64,000 bases of DNA from Acidobacteriota bacterium (lineage in GTDB: Bacteria; Acidobacteriota; CAIWXX01). A model generated the notes under the pieces. The model was not told the origin of the DNA. It was given only the letters and a program-made list of their open reading frames with translations, and made no database searches. Of the stretch, positions 1 to 10,181 are shown piece by piece. A program made the translations under genes and the position numbers. The stretch is taken from assembly GCA_040755995.1 (NCBI GenBank), contig JBFMAF010000008.1:192001-256000 (forward strand). Reading direction: 5' to 3'. The stretch's first letter is position 1. The number at the start of each line of letters is the position of its first letter.

Positions 1-810
1 ATCAGCCCGGAGGATCTCGACGCCATTCGACGGCGCCCTGACCTGAGAGTGGAGACAAGAGCCGGCCTCAACATAGGCTATCTGGCAATGAACGTGGAGA
101 AACCGCCTTTCGACCGGGTCGGGGTCCGTCGGGCGATCAATCACGCGATCAACAAGGCCAATCTGGTGAAGATGGCGTACGGCGGGCTCGCCGTGCCGGC
201 CACCGGCCCGATTCCCGCGACCATGTGGGGATCCGCAGGCGACCTGCCTGACTACCCATACGACCCCGACCAGGCGCGGCGATTGCTTGTGGATGCCGGA
301 CTGGGATCGGGGTTCGAAACCAGTCTCTGGGTCATGCCGATCCCTCGGCCCTACATGATTCAACCTCAACGGATCGCGGACGCGATCAAGGCCAATCTGG
401 CCGCAATCGGAGTGAGGGCGAAGCTTCACAGCTGCGACTGGCAAAGCTACCTTGAAGGAATTGGCAGCGGCGAGCACGAGATGGCGCTGATCGGATACAG
501 TGCGGACTCCCCTGACCCGGACGATCTTCTCACGACCAACCTGGGCTCCGAATACGCCGTGAAGCCGAACGCCGGCAACATCTCGTTCTTCCGCAATCCC
601 CAGGTCGACGTCATGCTCTTGCGTGCGCGAAGCGTTCTGTCGCCGGAGAAGCGTGCTGGCTACTACCGGCAGGTGCTCGAGATCGTTCATGAGGAAGCGC
701 CATGGGTTCCCCTGGCCTACGCCAAACAGGTCCTCGCGATGAGCCGCAACCTGCATGGAATCGTACTGACTGACGTCGTGTGGCTGAGGGACGCCTGGAT
801 GGATGAGTAG
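1..810 (+). CDS. ABC transporter substrate-binding protein, family 5 (DppA-like), 5' partial
   Basis: Frame is open from base 1. Motifs 'LNIGYLAMNVEKPPFD..VRRAINHAIN', 'YPYDPDQARRLL', 'MPIPRPY' and 'HEEAPWVPLAY' are typical of DppA. Confidence 0.9.
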   Translation: MSPEDLDAIRRRPDLRVETRAGLNIGYLAMNVEKPPFDRVGVRRAINHAINKANLVKMAYGGLAVPATGPIPATMWGSAGDLPDYPYDPDQARRLLVDAGLGSGFETSLWVMPIPRPYMIQPQRIADAIKANLAAIGVRAKLHSCDWQSYLEGIGSGEHEMALIGYSADSPDPDDLLTTNLGSEYAVKPNAGNISFFRNPQVDVMLLRARSVLSPEKRAGYYRQVLEIVHEEAPWVPLAYAKQVLAMSRNLHGIVLTDVVWLRDAWMDE

Positions 811-849
811 AATCGCGACGGGTGATCCGGCAATGAGCTGTACGAGTGC

Positions 850-903
850 GGGGACGCGGAGACTAAAAGAGACGGAGAAAAGGAGACCTGGTGACACGGG
901 GGG
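850..903 (+). repeat. Degenerate octamer tandem repeat (GGAGACNC-type)
   Basis: ggggacgc ggagact...ggagaaaa ggagacct ggtgacac; same family as 16883, 41838 and 42770. Confidence 0.55.
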
Positions 904-916
904 AGGCGAAGGTCAG

Positions 917-3900
917 ATGAGCGGCATGCACTGGGCGAGGCTGCTGCGCTGGAACTCGATCGGACTCCGCCTCGCTCTGCTCTTCGTCGCGATCGCCCTT
1001 CTCCCTATGGTGATCACCGCCTACACTGGCATGGCGATCGATATGAGGCGATCCGAGCGGGCCTTGCAAGAAGAAGCGACCCGGTCGGTTCGCGATGCAG
1101 ATCGGCTGTTGTCCGAGTACCTCGCCAGGGCGAACAGCCTCGCGGACTTCCTGGCGGGAAGCGGGGCCGTCAGAAAGACGAGTGATCCTGAGGAAATCCT
1201 GGACCTTCTGGAAGCCACCAAGGATCTGTGGTTCCTCGCTGTGGTGGAGGTCCTCGATCGCGATGGCAACCCGGTCGCCCGCAGTTATCCCAAGCGGATC
1301 GGCATCGAAGGGTTTCTCACCAGCCCGCAGGACCCGCTCTTCAGGCGCGCCTCCGGCCTCGAGCCGGTTTCCGACATTGTCGGCGCGCCGGGGGGACTCG
1401 CGCTGAAGGCGGCGGTGCCGGTGCTGCATCCGGTCACGCTCGGTGTGCAGGGTGTAGTGGTCGTCTCGTATCCCGTGACGCCCGCCCTCGCACAGGCGAT
1501 CAAGGACCAGCTGAAGGCGGAGATCACGGTGCAGTGGAGTCCGCGCGGAGACATTGTCAGCACGCTGCAGGATGAGCGCGGGCTCGCGCTCAAACGTGCC
1601 TGGGACTCCGCTTCCAAGCACGTTGAGCAACTGCCTCGGGACCCGGTCTGGCAGGTTGAGGAGATTGCGGGAGCGCGGCGTGAGACGGCCTATCTCAGGC
1701 TCACAAGCAGGGATGGCCGTCCGGTGGGTATCTTGTCAGTGGCCATGGATCGGTCGTCGATAGAGGAGGGCAGGCGCGACGCGGTGAGGATCCTGCTGGT
1801 CAGCAGCGCGGTCGCCTTGCTCCTCGCCATGTTCCTCGCCTTCGTCACGTCCCTCTACCTGACGCGGCCGCTCTATCGGATGCTGGGTGCCATTGCCGAG
1901 ATCTCGAAGGGCGACCTCACGCAGCGCGTGCAGAGCGATCAGAGGGACGAGGTGGGCGATCTGGCCAGGGCGTTCAATCAGATGACTGCGAAGCTACAGA
2001 GCGAGCACGCGTCGCTCCAGGAGGCCGAGAAGAAATATCGCGGCATATTCGAGAACGCAGTCGAGGGCATGTATCAGGCCGATCTCGACGGCCGCTTTCT
2101 GAGCGCCAATGAATCCGCGGCGAGGATACTTGGATACGGCTCCGCCGAAGATCTCAAGCGCTCGACGTCTGATCCGGATCGGCCCTGGTTCGCCGACTCT
2201 CAGGCGCGCGAGGCGATCTATCAAATCGTTCGCGACGGCGGGCGGGTCAGCGGGTTCGAGACGCAACTCCTGCGCAAGGACGGCGGGGCCGTGTGGGCGG
2301 CGATCTCGATGCGCGGTGTAGTGGGGGAGGACGGAACGCCGGCGTACACGGAGGGGTCCATCATCGACATCACGGAGAGGAAGGAGCGGGAGCACGTAGA
2401 AAGCGAGCTTCGGGCGGCCGAGGCTGCCAACCGTGCGAAGAGCGACTTCCTTGCCAACGTGTCCCACGAGATCCGCACGCCGATGAGCGGCATAATGGGC
2501 ATGGCAGAGCTTCTTCTGTCCACGGATCTGGCGCCGCAGCAACGCGGCTATGTGGCGACGATGATCCGGTCATCGGAGTCCCTCCTGGCGATTCTCAACG
2601 ACGTCCTCGACCTGTCCAAGATCGAGGCTGGCAAGCTCGACATCGAGGCGATTCCGTTCGATCTCCACGGGCTGATCCACGATGTCCTGCAGCTCATGAG
2701 GCCGCGCGCGATAGAGAAGGGCATCGAGCTTCTCACCGCCTACCCACCCGAAATCCCTCGGCTGCTGATCGGTGACCCGGTGCGGATTCGCCAGGTGCTG
2801 ATGAACCTCGTCGGGAATGCCATCAAGTTCACTCATCGAGGATGGGTGAGGGTGGAAGTCGAATGCACCGGCCTGCACGACGAGACGGCCACCCTGCAAT
2901 TCCGCGTTTCAGACACCGGGATCGGCATGGCGGCGGAGACCCAGCGGAGGATATTCCAGAAGTTTACACAGGCCGACTCCAGCACCACCCGCACCTACGG
3001 CGGCACCGGCCTGGGATTGGCGATATCCAAGCAGCTGGTGGAGATGATGGGGGGCGCGATCGGGATGTCGAGCCGCGAGGGCGAGGGATCGTCGTTCTTC
3101 TTCTCCCTCACACTGCCGATCCACAAGCAGGTGCCGGCGGTTGCCGAGCCTGGCAGTCTGGCGGGTCTGTCCGTTCTCGTCGTAGACGACAACGACCTCA
3201 ATCGGCAGATGCTCACCGCACTGCTCGACAGCTGGGGCGCCAGGTGGCAAGAGGCGGCGTCCGGCGCGGAGGCGCTGCGCGCCCTTCGAGTCGCATGCGA
3301 GGAAGGCCATCGGTTCGAGGTGGCGATACTCGATTACCTCATGCCCGAGATGGACGGCGAGAAGCTGGCCAGGGCCATCAAGGGCGACGCGCACCTCCGC
3401 GACATGGCGCTGGTGCTGCTGAGCTCCATCAAGTTCCGCCGGCGCGATGATGCACGGCGCCTGGAGGAGGTGGGTATCACCGTATGCCTGACGAAACCGG
3501 TGCGCGCCCAGGACCTCCATGACGCGCTGATCGAGGTGCTCGGCTCCCGTCGGGTTGAAACCGGAGCGCCTGTGACGGAAGGCGAAGAAGCCGGAGTAGT
3601 CCTTCCCGCCCGGTCGATGAAGGGCGTGCGCGTCCTGCTCGCTGACGACAGTCCCGTTATTCAGAAGGTGGCCAGGACGTTTCTCGATCGCCTCGGCTGC
3701 ACCGTCGACGCGGTTGGAAACGGCATGGAAGTCGTCGAGAGGGTGAGGTCGGCCGCCTATGATGTCATCCTGATGGACCTGTCGATGCCGGGCATGGACG
3801 GGTTCGAGACCGCGCGCGAGATCCGGCGAGTCGAAGGGTCCGACCGCCAAACACCTGTAGTCGCCATGACCGCACACGCTATGCGCGGGGACCGCGAGAG

Positions 3901-4447
3901 GTACTTGTCGGCTGGAATGGACGACTACCTGGGCAAACCGTTCCGGCTTGCCGACATTCGTGCAGTCGTCGAAAAACACTGCCGGCTGCGCTCAGATGGA
4001 GCGGTAGAGGCCGAAGCCGCTCCAGCGCCGGCGGATCGCGGGACGGAAGGCAGGACAGGTGTGACCCTCGACCAGACCTACGTGGTCGAGATCGCAGGGG
4101 GCAACACGGAGGCCATCCGCAGGCTCCTGGACGCATTCCTCGAAGAACTGGCGAAGCAGATTGAGCGACTGAGTCAGACTATCGCAGGAGGCGACCTGGA
4201 AAATGCCTGCACGTACGCACACAGGCTGAGGGGATCGGCTGCGCAGCTTGGAGCAGGCGCACTCGCGCAAGCGGCAGGCCGCATCGAGGACGCAGCGAGG
4301 GGCGGCATGCCGGACCTCTGCCGCAGCGGGATGCGTGCGCTAATCGACGAACGCCAGATTCTCGAGAAGACGCTTGCGGCAGTCGATTGGCAGAAGGCGG
4401 TAGATGAGTCCCAATCCTCCGCGAAGGCAACCGGCGACGCGTGCTGA
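917..4447 (+). CDS. Hybrid sensor histidine kinase (TM-periplasmic sensor-TM, HAMP, PAS, HisKA, HATPase, 2x REC, Hpt)
   Basis: H-box '[13 protein letters not shown]', '[10 protein letters not shown]', 'DTGIG', 'GGTGLGLAI', two receiver domains (LDYLMP, MDLSMP), Hpt 'AHRLRGSA'. Start placed at ATG 917 after GGAGG (ORF is open from 803). Confidence 0.93.
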   Translation: MSGMHWARLLRWNSIGLRLALLFVAIALLPMVITAYTGMAIDMRRSERALQEEATRSVRDADRLLSEYLARANSLADFLAGSGAVRKTSDPEEILDLLEATKDLWFLAVVEVLDRDGNPVARSYPKRIGIEGFLTSPQDPLFRRASGLEPVSDIVGAPGGLALKAAVPVLHPVTLGVQGVVVVSYPVTPALAQAIKDQLKAEITVQWSPRGDIVSTLQDERGLALKRAWDSASKHVEQLPRDPVWQVEEIAGARRETAYLRLTSRDGRPVGILSVAMDRSSIEEGRRDAVRILLVSSAVALLLAMFLAFVTSLYLTRPLYRMLGAIAEISKGDLTQRVQSDQRDEVGDLARAFNQMTAKLQSEHASLQEAEKKYRGIFENAVEGMYQADLDGRFLSANESAARILGYGSAEDLKRSTSDPDRPWFADSQAREAIYQIVRDGGRVSGFETQLLRKDGGAVWAAISMRGVVGEDGTPAYTEGSIIDITERKEREHVESELRAAEAANRAKSDFLANVSHEIRTPMSGIMGMAELLLSTDLAPQQRGYVATMIRSSESLLAILNDVLDLSKIEAGKLDIEAIPFDLHGLIHDVLQLMRPRAIEKGIELLTAYPPEIPRLLIGDPVRIRQVLMNLVGNAIKFTHRGWVRVEVECTGLHDETATLQFRVSDTGIGMAAETQRRIFQKFTQADSSTTRTYGGTGLGLAISKQLVEMMGGAIGMSSREGEGSSFFFSLTLPIHKQVPAVAEPGSLAGLSVLVVDDNDLNRQMLTALLDSWGARWQEAASGAEALRALRVACEEGHRFEVAILDYLMPEMDGEKLARAIKGDAHLRDMALVLLSSIKFRRRDDARRLEEVGITVCLTKPVRAQDLHDALIEVLGSRRVETGAPVTEGEEAGVVLPARSMKGVRVLLADDSPVIQKVARTFLDRLGCTVDAVGNGMEVVERVRSAAYDVILMDLSMPGMDGFETAREIRRVEGSDRQTPVVAMTAHAMRGDRERYLSAGMDDYLGKPFRLADIRAVVEKHCRLRSDGAVEAEAAPAPADRGTEGRTGVTLDQTYVVEIAGGNTEAIRRLLDAFLEELAKQIERLSQTIAGGDLENACTYAHRLRGSAAQLGAGALAQAAGRIEDAARGGMPDLCRSGMRALIDERQILEKTLAAVDWQKAVDESQSSAKATGDAC

Positions 4448-4674
4448 TCATCCGCATGCTCGCGGGCGAGGAGAGGCCACGGGACCCGCCCAATGAGACA
4501 GCCCCCGATCGGTTGAGCACCCACGGTGTGGATGTGGCCCAGGCTGGAATTGAACGCGACGAATGAAGTAGACTTGGGTCCACCGGAAGTGAGACAGTGA
4601 TCTCCACGCTCTTTGCCATGCTCACCGGCAAGGTGCTTTCCACAGAGGAGACAACCGGAGAGGACGCGCCGCCC

Positions 4675-5169
4675 ATGGCCCGCTCCGGTATGCTTCCTCC
4701 ATCGTATGGCCATGGCAGCGCATCCGTTGCCGTACGTTCCCTCGGCCTGTTCGCCGTCTGCTCCGTCATCATCGCCTGTGCCGGCAGTGGGGTCGGGCTG
4801 GATGAAAACGGCAATCCACCGGGGCCGGGGGGAGGCCTGCCCGTGGCGTTCGATCCGACCTTCGCCAACATCCAACAACAGGTGTTTACCCCGATCTGCA
4901 CGGCCTGCCACGCCGGCGCCGGCGCGCCACAAGGGTTGATGTTGGATGAAGCGCACTCCTACGATATGCTCCGCAACGTCCCCTCCGCAGAGAAGCCGGA
5001 TCTGTATCGAGTCCTTCCCGGGGACCCGAACAGCTCCTACCTGGTCCGGAAGCTGGAGGGTGGACCGGATATCGTGGGCGCGCAGATGCCATTGGGCCGC
5101 ACACCGCTGTCTCAGCCAACCATCAACGCGATACGTGTATGGATCGCCAAGGGGGCACCGCATAACTGA
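4675..5169 (+). CDS. Monoheme c-type cytochrome, probable lipoprotein
   Basis: CxxCH (CTACH), distal 'QMP' Met, lipobox-like 'SVIIAC'. Start is uncertain (4597 or 4675). Confidence 0.75.
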   Translation: MARSGMLPPSYGHGSASVAVRSLGLFAVCSVIIACAGSGVGLDENGNPPGPGGGLPVAFDPTFANIQQQVFTPICTACHAGAGAPQGLMLDEAHSYDMLRNVPSAEKPDLYRVLPGDPNSSYLVRKLEGGPDIVGAQMPLGRTPLSQPTINAIRVWIAKGAPHN

Positions 5170-5197
5170 CCCTGCGCATCGCACGGAAGGGTATCGT

Positions 5198-6280
5198 ATG
5201 AGAATCTGGGCGCTCGTCTGTATTTTCGTCGTATGGATCTCGTCGATCCTGTCCGCCGAACCATACATAGCTGTGCGCGAGGGCTTCAAGTGCTCTTCAT
5301 GCCATGAGAACGTCACGGGAGGTGGCAAGAGGACGCAGATGGGAGCGACCTACGGGGCCGAGGCGCTGCCGTGGAAGCACATCGACCTGGAGGCCCGAAA
5401 GATCCCCGCCTACCGGTCCTGGTTCGACCAGTTGGTCTCGATTGGCGGCGATTTTCGGTTTCTCAACGAGAGCACCTTCCAGGAAGGTGCGACGGCCAAC
5501 ACCTTCCAGACGGACAAGGCGAATCTATACCTGCGGGTGAACCTGATTCCAAGCCACCTCTCACTCCACGTGGATGAGAGCCTCGCGCCGGGCGGCGCGC
5601 AATCGCGGGAGATATTCGCTCTCGTACAGCTGCCCATGCAAGGCTGGGTGAAAGCGGGCAAGTTCATCCAGCCGTACGGAATCCGCCTCGAAGATGACAG
5701 CGCGTTCATCCGCGAGGTCACCGGATTCAACTTCAACAACCCGGACCTCGGTGTCGAGGTAGGAGTCGAGCCGGGGAACTGGAGTATCGCCCTGGCCGCG
5801 ACGAATGGGACGGCGGGCAGCCTCGACAACAACGCGGCGAAACAGCTGGTAGGAACGCTCGCCTACGTCCGCGACGACATTCGCGCCGGCGCATCAGGCT
5901 CGTATAACTCGGGGCGGCTAGGAGACAAGCACAGCACCGGGCTGTGGGGAGGTTTTCGGCTGGGCCCGGCGGCCTTCCTGGGCGAAGCAGACCTCGTTCG
6001 CGAGCACCCCGACGACGACGCATCCCACGATCGGCTTGTCACGCATGCCGAAGTCGACTTCCTCGTCCACGAAGGCTGGAACGTGAAGGTCGCCTACGAG
6101 TACTACGATCCTGACCTGGACGTCGCCGAGAACCAAAGAGATCGTGTGGTAATCGGTGTCGAGCCGTTTCTGACGCCGTTCGTCCAGCTGGCGGTCTTCT
6201 ACACCTTCAATCAGAGCATCCCGCAGAACAAGCCTCAGAACGCGGACGAGCTCGTCTTCCGGCTTCACCTGTATTTCTGA
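5198..6280 (+). CDS. Outer-membrane beta-barrel protein with N-terminal CxxCH heme motif
   Basis: Signal peptide MRIWALVCIFVVWISSILSA, then 'EPYIAVREGFKCSSCH', amphipathic strands and a terminal 'LHLYF'. Confidence 0.75.
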   Translation: MRIWALVCIFVVWISSILSAEPYIAVREGFKCSSCHENVTGGGKRTQMGATYGAEALPWKHIDLEARKIPAYRSWFDQLVSIGGDFRFLNESTFQEGATANTFQTDKANLYLRVNLIPSHLSLHVDESLAPGGAQSREIFALVQLPMQGWVKAGKFIQPYGIRLEDDSAFIREVTGFNFNNPDLGVEVGVEPGNWSIALAATNGTAGSLDNNAAKQLVGTLAYVRDDIRAGASGSYNSGRLGDKHSTGLWGGFRLGPAAFLGEADLVREHPDDDASHDRLVTHAEVDFLVHEGWNVKVAYEYYDPDLDVAENQRDRVVIGVEPFLTPFVQLAVFYTFNQSIPQNKPQNADELVFRLHLYF

Positions 6281-6326
6281 AAACTCCGACAACTGATCGC
6301 TTCCGGCCCGCAGCCGTCCCACGTCG

Positions 6327-7193
6327 TCAGTGATCCGCAACGAACTGGAGGACTGCCATGGCCATTGGGCTGTCCGGCTCGCCGGTGTTCACCGATGCGA
6401 TCTCGGTGTAATGGTCGTAGCCCTTCAGTTGCTGTAGCTCGCTCGACAGACCTTTCTTCGTCAGAAGATTGTGGAAGCTCTTGGCGTTGCTCGTCAGTCC
6501 CGGCAAGTCTGTCTCTGCGTAAGTGATGAGTAACGGAGCCTGGCCGGCGCCCACGTATGTGACTGGTGAAGCGGCCTTGAGCACGCTCTTGTCGGTCGTG
6601 CCGAAGGCACTCACGAAAGCCGGGCCGAACACCAAGAGCGGTAGCTTTGACAGGTCGTAGGCACCGCTCGCGCTCACCACACCGTCGATGGCGGACGGCG
6701 CCAGGCCCACTTGTGCGAGGTATGTCTCGTCGGTTGCGACGAGCGAGACCAGGTGGCCTCCGGCGGAGTGGCCGAACAGAAAGACATGCTGCGGATCGCC
6801 TCCATATCGACCGACGTTCTTGACGACCCACCGGATGGCAGCCGCCACGTCTTCGACGTGTGCCGGGTGCTGCACCTCAGGCGAAAGCCGGTAGTTGGCC
6901 ACGACCGTGACCAGGCCATGATACCCGCTGAATGTCTTGCCGAGCTCCGCGTACTCGGACTTGTCACCGCTCATCCACGCTCCTCCGTGTATGAACACCA
7001 ACACCGGCGCCGATTTCAGCTCCTTGGGGCGGTAGACATCCAGCTTGTTCAGCGACTCGGGCCCATATGCGATATTCTTCTTGATCTTGACCGTGTAGTC
7101 CTGAGCCTGGACTGAGGTCCCAGGGGCGCAAAGGATGGCCAGGACCGCCGCGCCGGCGACAAGACGGGAAATGAATGTACTCCGAAGGCTCAT
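6327..7193 (-). CDS. Secreted alpha/beta hydrolase (HSL-like esterase)
   Basis: HGGAW oxyanion motif, GHSAG nucleophile elbow, 'DH' His, signal peptide. Confidence 0.88.
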   Translation of the reverse strand: MSLRSTFISRLVAGAAVLAILCAPGTSVQAQDYTVKIKKNIAYGPESLNKLDVYRPKELKSAPVLVFIHGGAWMSGDKSEYAELGKTFSGYHGLVTVVANYRLSPEVQHPAHVEDVAAAIRWVVKNVGRYGGDPQHVFLFGHSAGGHLVSLVATDETYLAQVGLAPSAIDGVVSASGAYDLSKLPLLVFGPAFVSAFGTTDKSVLKAASPVTYVGAGQAPLLITYAETDLPGLTSNAKSFHNLLTKKGLSSELQQLKGYDHYTEIASVNTGEPDSPMAMAVLQFVADH

Positions 7194-7382
7194 GATCATC
7201 CTCCAATCACCTACTATCATTCGCACGCCATCTCAGACGCCGCTCCTGCTCCGGAGGTTACTCCTCCCGACTCTCGTGTGCTCCAAGTCACACGGCGCGT
7301 TCAGCGCCACGTCGAGGTCGCCGGCCCGTGCTCACCAACGCATCGGGCACAGCCGAAAGGTCATCTCACGACTACAGCCCGG

Positions 7383-8015
7383 TCAGCTTCGGACCTTGAA
7401 TGCGACGGAAGCCATGGTTCTGTCCCACATCATGGCAAGCTTTCCCCCGTCGGCCGTCATGTCGATGAAAGCTATGGTGAACTGATCCATGGAGAAAGGA
7501 AGGGCACCAACACTCATTGCGACCCGCAGTACGTCTTTTTCCGAGGTATAGCCGTACGCCCCCCACAGGGCGACTTTGCTGCCGGGCTCATACTCCTGCT
7601 GGGCCGGCCATGTGGAGAAAATCAGCGTCCACGATTTCTCCTTCAATTCCACGAAGACCGAATATTCACCGGCCGGCAGCGTCTTTCTATCGAAAACCAA
7701 CGGCACCTCCGTCTTGAGACGCGTAGTCTGATTTGCCCCGGCACGCCAGACCGGCGCGCCATCATTCAGTGTCCGGCCGTAGTCAGCCCCTGTGCCGAAC
7801 AGGTTCTCGCGGCCGCGCTTGATGGGCCGGCCATAGGTAACCTCGATCCATTTCCCGCCCTGGTACGTCAGCCCATACTTGCCTTCCACGTATTTCCCAC
7901 CCAGCTGAGTGGCGGCTGTTCCGGCGGGGCTGGCCGGCTTCCGGTCCTGTGCCAGCGCGAGGAGACCGGTAAGGGACATTACTCCAATAACCAAGACTAG
8001 TATGCGAAGCTTCAT
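7383..8015 (-). CDS. DUF2911-family secreted protein
   Basis: 'IEVTYGRP.KRGR.LFG...VWRAGAN.TT', 'LPAGEYS', 'MMWDRT'; signal peptide. Confidence 0.8.
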   Translation of the reverse strand: MKLRILVLVIGVMSLTGLLALAQDRKPASPAGTAATQLGGKYVEGKYGLTYQGGKWIEVTYGRPIKRGRENLFGTGADYGRTLNDGAPVWRAGANQTTRLKTEVPLVFDRKTLPAGEYSVFVELKEKSWTLIFSTWPAQQEYEPGSKVALWGAYGYTSEKDVLRVAMSVGALPFSMDQFTIAFIDMTADGGKLAMMWDRTMASVAFKVRS

Positions 8016-8160
8016 AGGGCACTCCTTGTTCTTTCATCTCTAAGGGCTATACGATATTGCTTTTGGGAATAGGTCATAGAAATGCTACGATCGTAGTAAC
8101 ATTCTGAATAGAATGTCGGCGGCTTCCCCCACGTAGGGCTTCATGACCAATCCTCCTGTT

Positions 8161-8249
8161 GGCGAGGCGCCGCCTCGGACCGATTACCCGCGCGAGGGCG
8201 CGTTGGCCGCGCCTCGCGTAGAGAGTAAAGAGTGGAGAGTAGAGAGTGG
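8161..8249 (-). repeat. Dispersed hairpin element with CTC(C/T)ACT heptamer tail, copy 1
   Basis: Reverse complement aligns without gaps to 60863-60946 (50/62 identity in the core, counted by hand). Confidence 0.75.
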
Positions 8250-8481
8250 CGGCGACGCACCACTCCGAAATCTTGACTCAACCGCAACATCTTCTTCGCA
8301 TCGGGCCCATTCGCTGCATATTGTACACTCGAGTGCTCTGACTTCCCAAATGATCAACCGATCGGTGCGCGCCTGACGGCGTGCGGCACGCCGGCGGCGG
8401 CCTGCGCCGCTCATTGCGAGTGCGGTCGAGCGCGCGCGCGGCCGCCGCCGGGTACCGCTGCCCGTCAGGGCTCCCTTCTCC

Positions 8482-9861
8482 TCAGACCGGCTTGATGTTC
8501 TGGTTCACACGGAAGAAGTTGGTCGGATCGTACTTCTTCTTGACGGCCACCAAACGGTTGTAGTTCTCGCCGTAGGTCGCTCTGACACGATCCTCACCCT
8601 CTTCCATCATGAAGTTCACGTACGCGCCACCCATTGTGTAAGGATGCACGGCCTCCCAGTAGCCCCTGGCCCAGGCCGTCACCGCCCCTGCCTTGGCCGG
8701 ATCAGGATCGATGCCGGCGATGACCATTGACCACGTTGCGTCGCGACAGTTCCATGCGGTCTCGTTTCGCCGCACGCGGTGGACCGCGCCGTCAATGGGG
8801 TACATGTGCATGATCGAGAGCTCCGTGGGGGCCTTGGCCGCATGCTCCAGATGCGCGTCGATGGCTGCATTCGAGAGCTCCTTGACAAAGTCGCCCTTCC
8901 AATACCACTGCAAGCCCTTGGGCAACAGCGGGTCGAACAAGCCCTGCAGGACCGGGAAGGGCATGGGCCCCATCCAGTCAAGGATTGGCGTTGGAAGCTC
9001 CTTGCGAATCGCTTTCACCGCCGCTTCCCCCTTCTCCAATGGCCCGCTGTAACAGGAGATCAGGGCGCAGATCTTCTTCCCCCAGTGCTCCCTGGGGAAG
9101 GGATCAGTCGAAGGGACAGTCTTCAGGCCGAAGAACACGCAAAGGTCGACAGGCGCCTGAGGCAAGAACGCGCGGTACCATTCCATCACACGCCGAGCGT
9201 CGTCTGCCTTCCAGAAGACCGGCCCACCGTAGATCGTGCCTACAGGCCGGGCCTTGTAGACGAAGCTGGTAACGACGCCGAAATTGCCGCCGCCGCCGCG
9301 CACGGCCCAGAAGAGATCCTCGTTGCGAGATGCGCTGGCTGTCACGAAGGCGCCGTCGGCCAGCACGACGTCCACCTCGGTCAGGTTGTCGATGGTCAGC
9401 CCGTGGCGGCGCGTGAGGTATCCGTGACCGCCCCCCAACGTCAGGCCGGCTATGCCGGTCGTCGAGACGATGCCAGCCGGCACCGTCAGTCCGAACGCAT
9501 GACCGGCGTGGTCCATGTCGCCCTGCGTGCATCCAGGTCCAACTCGCACGGTGAAGTTGGCCGGATCGAAGCGCACCCCCTTCATCGGAGACAGATCGAT
9601 AACGAGCCCGTCATTGCAGCTGCCAAATCCGGGCCCGTTATGGCCGCCGCCGCGGATGGCCGTGAGAAGATCGTTCTCCCGGCCGAACCGCACGGCGGAA
9701 ATCACGTCTGCCGGATCGACGCAGCGGGCGATCAGGAGCGGCCGCTTGTCGATCATGCCATTGTACAGTTTGCGGGCCTCCTCGTAGCGCGGGTCGTTTC
9801 GTTGGATCAGATCACCACGCAGGCTCGCCTTGAATTTCTCGATATGTGTCTCGTTCACCAT
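8482..9861 (-). CDS. FAD-binding oxidoreductase (VAO/BBE family)
   Basis: 'RGGGHN' flavin His, 'TGIAGLTLGGGHG', 'DLFWAVRGGGGNFG', C-terminal BBE motif 'YGENYNRLVAVKKKYDPTNFF'. Confidence 0.93.
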   Translation of the reverse strand: MVNETHIEKFKASLRGDLIQRNDPRYEEARKLYNGMIDKRPLLIARCVDPADVISAVRFGRENDLLTAIRGGGHNGPGFGSCNDGLVIDLSPMKGVRFDPANFTVRVGPGCTQGDMDHAGHAFGLTVPAGIVSTTGIAGLTLGGGHGYLTRRHGLTIDNLTEVDVVLADGAFVTASASRNEDLFWAVRGGGGNFGVVTSFVYKARPVGTIYGGPVFWKADDARRVMEWYRAFLPQAPVDLCVFFGLKTVPSTDPFPREHWGKKICALISCYSGPLEKGEAAVKAIRKELPTPILDWMGPMPFPVLQGLFDPLLPKGLQWYWKGDFVKELSNAAIDAHLEHAAKAPTELSIMHMYPIDGAVHRVRRNETAWNCRDATWSMVIAGIDPDPAKAGAVTAWARGYWEAVHPYTMGGAYVNFMMEEGEDRVRATYGENYNRLVAVKKKYDPTNFFRVNQNIKPV

Positions 9862-10181
9862 CGTGTCCTCCTCTTGCTTGTTAGTTTAGTGCGGCCGAGA
9901 AAACGCTCCATTGACAGCGGCACTCACATCGGGGTGGAGGAGTTCACCTGCGCATGAATGCAAAATCATCCATACTTGAACCTGGTCGCTCAGGCGGGGC
10001 TCGCCGCAGGCCGGCGGCTCCAAGCGGCCGTTACGACTTCGGTGCCAGAGTTGACTCAACTATCTACAGCAGCTGTTAGGTGCGCCCAAGATTTCACCAA
10101 CCCGGCCCCCAGTAGGATTTTATCAACCAGCGCGAAGGAAATCGAGGGTGTGTGCACACTTGCCGCAGCTCCCGCGCTGAC

